Positions 53,201 to 64,000 of a DNA stretch of 64,000 nucleotides are shown one piece after another. The DNA is from Azolla caroliniana (lineage: Eukaryota; Plantae; Polypodiophyta): positions 806,001-870,000 of the forward strand of contig JBHGNT010000022.1 in assembly GCA_043228905.1 (NCBI GenBank). The letters run 5' to 3'. Position 1 is the first letter of the stretch, and the number at the start of each line of letters is the position of its first letter. The notes beneath the pieces are model-generated. The model ran no database searches. It saw only the letters and a list, made by a program, of their open reading frames with translations, and was not told the DNA's origin. Made by a program: the position numbers and the translations under genes.

Positions 53201-54030
53201 AAAGACATGTTAAGCTACAATAAAAGAAAACAATTTGAATTACATTACCCAAAAGGAAAAAGTACAGCTAATCTTGGAGCTTACCAGAGCACAAAATCCA
53301 TGCAGTAAATGCCATAAAGATCAAAGGCATATTATCACATACAAAGGAACCAAAAAGTCCAAAGTATTGATTAGCTACAGAGGATTAAAACAAATGAGGT
53401 AATTATCCTGGAACATATGATCATCAAACCAAAGAAGTAATCATAAAAGCACGGAAGGTTATGGATTGCATACCATAATATATACATAGACATTACTTAA
53501 AACAGATACAGCATTACTTGTCATACATAGATTATCACATACAAGAGAACAGAGGTGGAATGTGATACTTCACATACACCAAAAGACTATGTATTAGATA
53601 TATAGTATAAGCGCACACAAACGAAGAATAAAGAAAGAAATGGATAGAAAACAAACACAAGGAAGCGGAATATGGTGCTCACCATGAAGCAAAAGCCTGT
53701 GACATTGGCCATGGAGGTGGCTATGGAGCAACTGGACAGAGCAAGCTCTCCAAGATGTCCAACAATCATGCAGGAGATGATCTGGAAGCCTATCTGGGAG
53801 AGATTGACAAGGATCATAGGACCAGCAAGATGGAGCTGCAGCTTCACTTCATGCCAATACTCCATGTATCTGTGAGGATCAGGGCTCATGATTCTGGGGT
53901 GGAGCCAAGTAGAATCGGATCCTTTGGGAGCAGATTTCTCTTCTTCTTGATGGGTGGTGATGATGGATGATGATGGGATCATGGTGGATGACCCATCATT
54001 CTCATTCTGATGATGCTTCATCATCATCAT
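47205..54030 (-). CDS. DTX: MATE efflux family / DETOXIFICATION protein, 8 exons, ~514 aa (inverted paralog)
   Basis: Exons 54030-53683, 52306-51762, 50001-49915, 49811-49755, 49148-48910, 47857-47739, 47438-47352, 47267-47205. GT-AG introns, open frame, and exons 2-8 are the same sizes as in copy 1. Confidence 0.95.
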
Positions 54031-54099
54031 CTCTTAGATGATGAGATGAGCTGCTTAGCAGAAGGGATTGCGGTGCTGCCCCTGCTCCTCTGCATACAT

Positions 54100-55855
54100 A
54101 CACACATACAATACATACATACCATACAATACATACATACCATACATGCATGCATGCATGCATATACATACATATATGAATCACATGCTTACATCCACAT
54201 GAACGCATGCATGTGAAGATGCTCCTACATAATTGCTTACGTCATAGATCCATCCATCATATACATACATGTAACATGATACATACATACATACATGAGA
54301 ATATGCTCTGTTCTCTCTTGATGAATAATCATCAAGAATTGAAATTGCTTTTATTTATTTTTCTTTCTTTCTTTCTTTGATTATTTATCTTTAATTTGTT
54401 TCACTTTTAATTATTTATTTAAGCGTTATTTTTAACTATTTATATTTTGAATTACTTATTTAATATTATCTTTTTACTATTTTTTATTTATTTAATTTTA
54501 ACTATCTTGGTTTTAATTGCTTATTTTCATTCATTTATTTATTATTATTTTTAATTCATTATTTATATTAGCTACATGCATATTTAATTTTAATTGTTTA
54601 TTGGTAACTTGCTTATTTTCAATTATCTATCTTTAATTAGTTTTTTAATTACCCTTACAGATCACTCGCGCCATTCCTAGAGTTGATGATATTTTGGTTC
54701 TTTTCCACATAGGGGCGAATTGTCAATACCTGGGGTAATGGGGTTAATGAAGGTACGGTTTAGCTCACGTGAGAAATAGGGACTTAGACTCAAATGCCTC
54801 ATCATTGGTACATAAGCCTTAGAGGTCACTTGCCCATTCCTAGAGGTCATGATATCGGTCTTTTTCCCCACTGGGACCAATTGTCGATAGGGGCAGAGAG
54901 GGGAGGTAATGAAGTTTCGATTTAACTCACGTGCGAAAGCAAGAGCTCGAACTCGAATGGTGGCGATGGACCATTTATAAACCCTGTACCCATACATTTT
55001 TCTGGTGAGAGGCCATTTAATTCTCAGTGTTGTCGGTGTGATTCTTGACCCGAGTGGCGAGGTGTGAAAAGTCGTAAGTGATAGCTTTTTTCTTTTTGCT
55101 TGGGGTGACCCTGATTGACTCAAGCCAGACAAACACATTTATGTAGGCTACGTGCAAATCTTGGTGGTTCATCCGTTTTTAAGGACTAGATCGTACCTTC
55201 ACAATCGAGTGTTTTGCAAAAAGACGATTCTAAAACTTTTGGTTTAATTTCTAGACTTAATAGTAAGGAATGATAGAGATATGAAGTCTGGTCGAAACAT
55301 ACCAAAATTCTATAGTCTAGACCATACTTGTGTTTTTATTTTATGCATGGAAAGAATACTCTACAAGTTTATTGGAGTTTGGAATGTCGATTCAAGGCTT
55401 TGAGGCCACTAGCTAAGTTGCTCATGTGGCTAGAAATGATTTAGCCAAAAAATAAGAAAAAGTTGTTGGGAACAAAACATTGTCCTAGAAAACACAAGTC
55501 GGATACAAAACTAAAATATTGATAATATATAATTAATGCATGACATAGATAAAATTCACGAATCTCCTTTTTGATGTGAACAATTTCGGGCAATGAGTTC
55601 TCATATAAGATGTAAAGTGGCTAGATAGACCTTTCTAGATCCATTTCACGTTACATGCCTGGAGGATCATAAGAGGACATTACATTCTGTCAACTTTTTG
55701 ATGTGCCTTTGATACCTTGATCTTGAAAAAAAATCAAAATGCACTCAATTTTGACAGATGGAATGTGAACAAAAGAAGAGTTTGACCGTGTCACACCACA
55801 CAACCTATCAATTAAATCATGGCTCATATACATCGCTCATATGTCCCTAAAGCAT

Positions 55856-55905
<50 letters not shown>

Positions 55906-56385
55906 AAATTTAACTTTATATGTCATAAGATTGATATCTATTTGCCCACTTCCAAGTTGTTATCGAATGCAAATTGTCGTTTTTCTCAACCAAGTTTACA
56001 AAGCATTAAAACTTACGGGGCAATCTAGCAATTGTTATTTTTATGCGTAAAATATCCATGAAGTTGGATAAAATAAGTTGATTTTATTGTATTACCAAAT
56101 TTTATCCCCCTCATTTTAAGATTTGTGGAAGCATGGCCTTTATTGACCAGCAACAGACAAGAGAATATTTAATGTTATCGCACTTGTCTTCAAAGTTTGC
56201 ACATGGTACTATCTAATCGTAATTAGCTTACCCTAATGGTAAGTCGATAACATTACAAGCACTGTGTCTTGGGTTCGAAACCCAATTTCCTCACCTCTCA
56301 ATTATATACTTCATATATATCTCTATTTCATTAGATGCCACTGTGGAATGTAGGGGTTGAACCCATGACCACTTGGTTTCCATTG

Positions 56386-56425
<40 letters not shown>

Positions 56426-56500
56426 AAAACACACAATTATGTCAATAAATGTGTGAAAAAACATTGTGATGGTACCACAACCAAGTGGAGTCACCTCTAC
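54100..56500 (-). repeat. Upstream region of MATE copy 2, paralogous to 1803-4110 and 16447-17990
   Basis: Reverse-complement similarity, including one minisatellite unit, the TCTTGATGA/TCATCAAGA hairpin and (GA)n tracts. Confidence 0.85.
56222..56295 (+). mobile_element. tRNA-derived SINE-like head
   Basis: TAATGG A-box-like motif, then a perfect T-arm TTGGG-TTCGAAA-CCCAA at tRNA spacing; no acceptor or anticodon stems. Confidence 0.45.
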
Positions 56501-57739
56501 ACAAGTAGTTAGACTTGTGGAATCACCAATAGGCAAGACAAACACTCCATCAAGGAAAGAATTTCAACTTGCTCTAATAAACAAAATTGTCTCATCAACA
56601 CTCCAGCTTTCGTATATATGCCCTAACTCCATGCCTACAATCAAATATAAAAGCATTGCATATGTCCCAATTATGATTTGAAATAATAACGCGATAAAAC
56701 TTGCCCAATTTGAAAAATGTAGCTTCAAATCCAATGAGCAATCAAATATTGTATTAATATTTGAGTAGTATCTTCCACTTCTATGTGTGTGTGCATATTA
56801 AATTTATCTCTTATTTTATGGTTTTCTGAAGGCTATTCATCTTGAGTCTCCAAATAAGAGCAGTACATCCGCTGCACATATGTAATCTCTTGTTAAAATT
56901 AAAGAAGTTATTTCTTGGTTTACACCCTTTCTTTTCATTGGAGTATTTATTCTCATGTATGCTTCATAGAGCTTCAACTCACTTGACGTGGATTAAAACC
57001 AGTGTTTTTGAGGTAAAGTTAATCAAAAAGGAGTTTTCTAGCCATTTTGTAGGCATCCATGCATAGGTAGATTTGGATTGAAGTATTGAAATTTTGCATA
57101 TGAAACATAACCACTTCATACATATAATATCCATTTTTATATAAGCACCAAAAGCAATATTCCAAAGTTGTCAACCCCATATTCTCTCTCAATGTGAAGC
57201 CTAGCCTTATCATAGATTTCTCTCTATCCCTTAAGACATCTCTCTCATAAAAATGGAAGGTGTGAGATGACATAGAAGGTATTTTTCTTGTCGACATTTT
57301 TGCTCATTTTCTTAGATTCATGCTTATATATAATGATTTCTCTAATAAGCCAATTTCAACTCCAATTGTTGTTAAACTAACTCGCACACAGATTGTGTGT
57401 GTGTAAAAGCACACAATTATACTAATTGTATGTAAAACCCACCTTTTACAATTTCTTAGTGTAGCTAGAGGGATATCTTGTAAAGCCATTAGAAAACCTG
57501 AATATGCACTCGAGGAAATGATCCTCACATGCTATAACATCCAAAATTTTCACATGAGAATGCCTAAGTTCAACTTCTTCGCATAGAATTTCACCCTAGG
57601 TCTACCATCGAACATGAAAGGATTATGCATGTTCTAATTGTGTTGCAATCCCCAACATCGTAAACATTGGAACAATATCTCCAACTCTTCATTTGGACCA
57701 TTTTGAACATAGTGAGCAAAAACCCATTGTTGAGGCCTC

Positions 57740-58300
57740 AAATAACAAGTTAAGCTTGGATATCAAGAGACCTAGGTAGGCTGAAGGTGTTTTGCGTGCA
57801 AAGAAATAAATGCGCCGTACAACCAGTAGGGAATTGCAAATTTGGTGTTCGAATAAGCTAAGTGACATCTGGCCCACCATAGCCTCTATCACGCTATGGA
57901 ACATTTGGAAACCTAGATGCAACGTAGGTCTCGCGGGAGAAGAAAGTCGACCAAAGGAGACAATCATTGCTCTATGGTATTTGACCTAATTACGAAATAC
58001 GAGCTCAATATGAAGAGTTGGAAGGATCTTTAGACACGGTGGAAGCCGTGGGACTTTTCTTTCAACAATCATGGTAAGATTCGTCCTTCGTGGATTATGT
58101 AGATGGTGTGCCAAAGTGGTGTTTCACCACGCCAAAATGGTCATTTCCACCTTGGCAGCCCAACTAGGAAGGTACATGGTGTTTTTCTGAAATTTTACAT
58201 ATTGTAGGATGATTAACGCGCACTAGAGTAATATGGTTGAATGTCTTATGAGTTGTACATATTGGAGTGTAAAGACACTTAATATCTTTTTATAAAAAAA
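57740..58300 (+). mobile_element. LINE (L1-like) 3' remnant
   Basis: IWPTIASITLWNIWKPRCN resembles the LINE ORF2 C-terminal W-x-IWK-x-R motif; short A tail near 58294-58300. Confidence 0.55.
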
Positions 58301-58676
58301 GAAGCAACGAGTTAAAACTTGTCAAATCTCAAATAATTATACTTCAAAATTATATGCACTATAGGGCATTTTATGAACCTATGTATAATGTCCTCCAAAG
58401 CAATAATGCGAACAAAGCATGTACCAGACCTTAGTCCTCGTCTTTTTAAGGCCGAACGTAATGGGAGCCCACCAATCACTACTCTTCATATGAATACCTT
58501 TGCATGAAATGGCAAATGGAAGTGCCAACCACACTGCATGATTTGCCACCACCTTTGTTTGATTGACATACATTCCGCACCTTTTCGGCTTTAAGTGATA
58601 ACCAAGATAATGAAGTCATTGCATGATGATACAATATGTTTGTTGACATGTAACAAGCATGCACGATCTTTTAATG

Positions 58677-59145
58677 TGTTGTGAAACAGTTCCCTCCGGA
58701 TGGGAAGTAAAGCACGAGTCGGATCAATTGGATCCGAGGAAGAAGAAAGATCGGATCCGGATAAGCATCTAGAAAAGGTCATAAATGTAAATAGTCCTAA
58801 AGTTGTATTAGTATAAATATAACTAGGGCGAACCATTGTATGATGTATGATGTATGGTTGTTGTTGGTAGTTGCCTCTGTAAGTAAGAGAGTGAGAGAGA
58901 GGTAGAGAACAAGAGAGAGTGTAACTCCTCCATATCCGTTGGTCAAACGAAGAAGAACTCAAGGTCGTTGCCTTGTAGCTTCTTGTTGTACACCTTTCTC
59001 ATATAGTGATTCTATTCGGAGTTTGTGGACTCCTGTGGTTTTTCCCTTTTTAGGGTTTTCCACATTAAAATACTTATGTCTTCGTACTTGTGTTTTTCTG
59101 CCTTTCTATCATTTCAATCTTTGCACCCACGTACACCTGTGTATC
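58677..59145 (+). mobile_element. Copia-like LTR fragment
   Basis: TGTTG start, TATAAATA, and a GTGGTTTTTCCC...GGGTTTTCCAC motif; no 3' end found. Confidence 0.45.
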
Positions 59146-59344
59146 TGTCATGGATAGAAAATATGCATAAGATAATAGAAGATAATCAAAGGGATGAGTT
59201 GATTAATTGAAAGACTCTATAACTGGTGTTGTTCTGCCTTTCTATCATTTCAATCTTTGCACCCACGTACACTTGTGTATCTGTCATGGATAGAAAATAT
59301 GCATAAGATAATAGAAGATAATCAAAGGGATGAGTTGATTAATT
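59095..59344. repeat. ~136-bp local tandem duplication spanning an LTR-LTR junction
   Basis: TTCTGCCTTTCTATC...GTTGATTAATT occurs twice. Confidence 0.85.
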
Positions 59345-59665
59345 ATGAGTAGGTATAGGAATTTGTTGAAAACGAGCAGTGATTGCCAACATGGATGTTG
59401 TGGAAAAGAAAGCTGTTTATTTTTTTGAAAGGATGAGTGAGAATGTTGTCAACGTCATGAGTGGATTGGGACAACTAATTTTTGCTTGGTTGTCTATGCA
59501 GGAATTTCAAGGAAAATGGAGAGATGGTTGATGTGGAAATATTTGAAGCACATTTTTGTTTATAGTTTATATAATGATGAGCGAAGATGGTGGCGGAGGC
59601 AGAAGCAAAGTTTAGTGAGGGTCTGAGGAGAGTGGATTTTAGTAGAGAACTAGTCTTTTCATATG

Positions 59666-60025
59666 CTTGAGGAAATTAAGATTCTTGCTCACATGAATCA
59701 TGAGAATGTTCTTGCAGTGAGAGAATTTATACAACTTGCTCCGAGGATTAAAATACATTCATTCGGCAAATGTACTTCACCGAGATTTGAAGCTAGACAA
59801 TCTGTAAGTGAATGAAGATTGTGATTTAAAGATTGCTTATTTCGGCTTAATTCGAATATGTGGTAATAAGATGTTACAGATAATCAGAATTGCTTCTGAA
59901 TGCGAGAGCTTACAGTGCAACTGTGGACATTTGGTTGGCTGCATCCCCTTTTTCCTGCTAAAGATTGTGTACATCAGTTCAGCTCAATCACAGAGTTGAT
60001 GGGTACTCCAACAGATGCTGAATTA
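59666..60025 (+). pseudogene. Processed, internally deleted MAP kinase (MPK3/4/6-like) fragment
   Basis: EIKILAHMNHENVLAV, LKYIHSANVLHRDLK..NL*VNEDCDLKI..FGL, ELLLN..YSATVDIW, FPAKDCVHQ..ITELMGTP. Confidence 0.85.
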
Positions 60026-60032
60026 TCATAGT

Positions 60033-60440
60033 TTTCTATAGGCATTTTGAAAGCTTGTGGGTGCATTAGATCCACAAACAAGGGTGAGGAGATACATTTC
60101 AATTCTGAGAGGAAAGAGCTTTTCTGAAAAAGCCAACTTGTTGGAAATGCACTAGTAGATATGATGTAAAATGTGGCATGAGCAAAAGGCAGTGCTTGAC
60201 ATGGAATACACTGACATGGAATACATTGTTTACAGGTTATGTGCACTAGGAGCTTGAAGAGAAAACTCTTAATGCTTTTGAGTGGATGCAAAAGAAGAGA
60301 ATCTCTCTCCTAATTCTGTCACATTTGCAGAGTATGGCCAGATGAGAAGAAATGGAGTTTTAGCAAATCCGGTTGGAAATGCTTGTAGTCATACAACCAT
60401 GGTAGATAAAGGCCAAACATATTGTGAAGTCATGGGGATG
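60033..60440 (+). pseudogene. PLS-class pentatricopeptide repeat gene fragment
   Basis: GILKACG....KGEEIH, VGNALVDM..KCG, WNTLFTGY, SPNSVTF, NACSH..MVDKG. Confidence 0.8.
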
Positions 60441-60743
60441 AGCATTTATTTGTATGCTGATCAACATACGAGAATGGAAGAAGATGGAGGAACATCGGGT
60501 CTTAGCCAATGATCACATGAGATGGGAAGAAGAGTCATGTATGTCCACCATTCTTTGTAGTCTTCTACTTTGAGTCTTTGAGTTTTTTATTGGCCTATCA
60601 TGGCCACAACTTTTACGATGTTGTCAGACTAATAATTTTCTCATGTATGAAGAATTTACACTAATGAAGAATATTGTTTTGGAAAAAAACTGGTATTGTT
60701 CACCTTGATTGTAATCTAGGTTAACACACATATTTATACAAGT

Positions 60744-61123
60744 TGTCACGGACAAGTAGACGAGGCTCAATACTAAGAGAGTGAGAGAGAGATTATAGAC
60801 AAGATAATAAGAAAGAGAGAGAGAAAGTAGTCAAGAGAACAAGAACTGAATTATGATTCCGTAATTGGTGTTGTTCACCTTGACTAGGCCAAGGTGAACC
60901 CTTGTATTTATACATGTTTATGGGCTCTAAATGTAACCCCATGCAAAGACTCATTTTCATGCACAACCTTCTAGAATGTTCTAGCTTTTGGAGCTTTCTG
61001 GAAGCTTCTAAAATCCTACATGTAGAATAAATAATCTACTTAACATGATTATGTATTGGATTTATTGGTTAATACATGTCATGATTCGAACACTTGACAG
61101 TATTTAATTGATATGTTTTAACA
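60744..61123 (-). mobile_element. Inverted LTR (same family as 15977-16446), 5' end clipped
   Basis: Aligns directly to 15977-16432. Confidence 0.9.
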
Positions 61124-64000
61124 AATACATCCAATACATAATCATGTTACCTTACTAGATTATTGTAGATTATCTATTATATATGTAGGATTTTAGAAGC
61201 TTCCAAAAAGCTCCAGAAGCTAGAACATTCTAGAAGGTTGTGCATGAAAATGAGTCTTTGCATGGGGCTACATTTAGAGCCCATAAACATGTATAGATAC
61301 AGGGGTTCACCTTGGCCTTAGTTAAGGTGAACAACACTAGTTACGGAATCATAATTTAGTTTTTGTTCTCTTGATTACTTTCTCTCTCTCTTTCTTATTA
61401 TCTTGTTTATAATCTCTCTCACTCTCTTAGTATTAAGCCTCGTCTACTTGACCGTGACAATTTGTTCACCTTCCATCTCCAAAGCCTCATCATGTTAGAT
61501 TCTACTGAGAACATAAATCAACTATTCGCAGTCATGCATCAACTTCAACTTGAAAATGAGAATCTTTGGGAATCTCTCCAGAAACTCCAAGCAGGACTCC
61601 AATGGAATTGGAGAATGAAGAACCCAAGTGCCCTCCTACATCAAGGAATCTCCAATATGTAGAGCTTGGCCCCTTGTCAATCCTCGCTCCAATTCCTCTT
61701 CACCTCACTTCAACTATAAAACCCAAGGTTAGTTTACCTGACAAGTTCGATGGCACAAGGGCGCGATTCCGGGGGTTCATAAATAAGATCAAGCTTATTA
61801 TCTGGCTACAACCCCAAAGATATGCGAATGATTTTTGCCGAGTTAGCCTCATTGGGACTCTCTTGTCGGGAGCCACACAAAGCTGGTTCACACCTTTGGT
61901 TGAAACATCATCGCCACTTCTCGACAATTTTTCTGCTTTCCTAGAAGAATTCGAGGCGACATTTGGGGATACGGATCGATGTCGAACAAGCCTTACCAAA
62001 CTCTATTCATTACATCAAGGTAAACGTTTAGTGTCTGTTTATGCATCTGAATTTAGACAATTGGCATGTGATGTTCAGTGGGATGACCAAGCCCTTTGCG
62101 ACCATTTTCGTCGGGGTCTTCGAAGTGATGTTAAGAATCTACTACTAAACTTCCCGGAGCCGACTTCATTATCGCAAGCCATCAAGCAAGTAGTCAGTTG
62201 TGACAACCACCTTTTTGAACTTCGACAAGAGGAACAAATGACTTCCAAGTTGTCTCCCTTTCTCCACGTTAAACTTATGGTACAACCCCAAGTGACTGCG
62301 AGATCTTCTCCAACGACATCGTTCAATGACCCTATGCCGATGGAAATTGATCAAGCTCGAGCCCCACTCACCATAGCCGAATGACACCATTGACAAACCA
62401 ATGGGCTATGTCTATATTGCAGTGCCTCTACCCATCTAATTCGTTTTTGCCCACTCAAAAGCAATCTCCGACAAGTCTATCGGGACAATCCAACTAGTGG
62501 GTCCCAACATTCGGAAAACGACGATGTCCAACTACAGTATGAGCCATGTGGTTGGACAATAGACATACATGCTGCTCCAAAGTTCTACTAACGACTTTTC
62601 CTTCGAGGTAACTCTCTATTTCCAGTCTATTTCAATTCAATCCTTAGCGCTACTCGATTCCGGGTTTAGGGTTAGAATGGCCCGAATCATTTTCTGTCGA
62701 GCACTCCATTCAACTCGGACCAGTGCACTCGGATGCTCATGCCCCAGTCACAATGCACTCCATCTCAATGGGCAATGACTCAGAGTCAAGTACCCCAACT
62801 TTGGTTTCTATGAAAGCCAATTTGGACTCGCTTCCATCCAAATATGGTGACTTTGCTGATGTGTTCGAGAAGAAGAATGCAGATCACTTACCGGAGCATC
62901 GACCATATGATTGTCTGATTGATCTACAAGAGGGCACATCTCCACCCTTTGGGCCCATCTATGGTCTCTAAACCAGAACTGGAGGCTCTTCGTACATATC
63001 TCGATGGAAATTTGGAGAAGGGCTTCATCCAACCGTCTAAGTTACCAGTTGGGGCCCCCATCTTGTTTGTGAAGAAAAAGGATGGATCGTTGCGTCTATG
63101 TGTGGATGACCATGGCCTCAATAAAATCACAGTACGTAATCGATACCCTTTACCTCTCATCCCAGAGCTCCCTGATCGCCTTCGTTGTTTCTCAAAGATT
63201 GACTTGCAGGGAGCATACAACTTGGTTTGGATTAAACTTGGTGATGAATGGAAGACGACATTTCGTACGCGATATGGACACTTCAAGTATAAGCTAATGC
63301 CTTTTAGACTGACCAATGCTCCAGTTGTTTTTCAACATATGGTGAACGACATATTTCGAGAATATCTCGATCACTTTGTCGTTATCTACTTTGATGACAT
63401 TCTTGTCTTCTTGTCGAGCATTGAAGAGCATACTCACCATATTTGATTGATTCTCTAGAAACTCAGGGAGCATGGCCTCTATGCCAAGAGCGAAAAATGT
63501 GAGTTTGATTGCAATTCCATAGAATTTCTTGGTTATGTGATCTCCCCCAGGGTATGACCATGAATCCAAGGAAAATCAAGACAATTCAAGAATGGGCCAC
63601 TCCAAAATGAGTAAAGGATGTCCAGTCGTTCCTTCGTTTCGCAAATTTCTATCGACGATTTATCAAGGTGTTCTCCGTCATAGTCCAACCCTTGATTGAG
63701 CTTACTCATAAAGGGATGTCGTTTCAATGGACTCCATCTACTCAACACGCCTTCGACCTACTCAAGGAAGTTTGTACCTGGGCTCCAGTCCTCCTTCACA
63801 TCAACCCTGCTAAGCCTTTTCAAGTTGAAACAGATGCCTCTGACTTTGCCATTGGCGCCATCTTATCCCAACCCGATGATGATGGCATCCTACATCTGGT
63901 GGCATACTACTCCTGAAAATTTACAACTCCAAAAATCAACTATCCCATCTACGACATGGAGCTCGCGGCTATAGTGGCAACTTTCATGGAGTGGAGACCT
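61124..64000 (+). mobile_element. Tcn1-like Ty3/gypsy (partial 5' LTR to 61459, gag, deleted PR, RT, RH), runs off the window
   Basis: Same family as 12085-16446: [45 protein letters not shown]. Confidence 0.93.

Noticed and set aside
56222-56295. Functional tRNA gene
   Set aside because: Only the T-arm and an A-box-like motif are present; there is no acceptor or anticodon stem.
61124-64000. Element as part of the MATE inverted duplication (mirror of 12085-16446)
   Set aside because: The paralogous insertion site near 55480 is empty, so these look like independent insertions.

Overview
Eukaryotic plant nuclear DNA, probably from a fern or other non-seed plant (inferred from Tcn1-like chromoviruses and PLS-type PPR remnants). 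It carries two apparently intact 8-exon MATE/DTX transporter genes (18042-24386 +, 47205-54030 -), arranged tail-to-tail as a ~9-kb inverted duplication, plus a third gene-less copy of their upstream region (1803-4110). Most of the rest is nested, decayed LTR retrotransposons: Tcn1-like chromoviruses, a GC-rich Ty3/gypsy with a probable -1 frameshift, a full-length Athila-like element with an extra ORF, a Ty1/copia host and solo LTRs. There are also hAT-type MITEs, a LINE tail and a mosaic of processed MAPK and PPR fragments. The most unusual signals are: tRNA-like A/B-box modules at the U3 edge of three LTR families, a Tf1-style self-priming PBS with a hairpin over its partner, TTTAGGG-like filler at two junctions, a head-to-head LTR palindrome, and an element whose two LTRs start differently. 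All coordinates and counts were read by eye.
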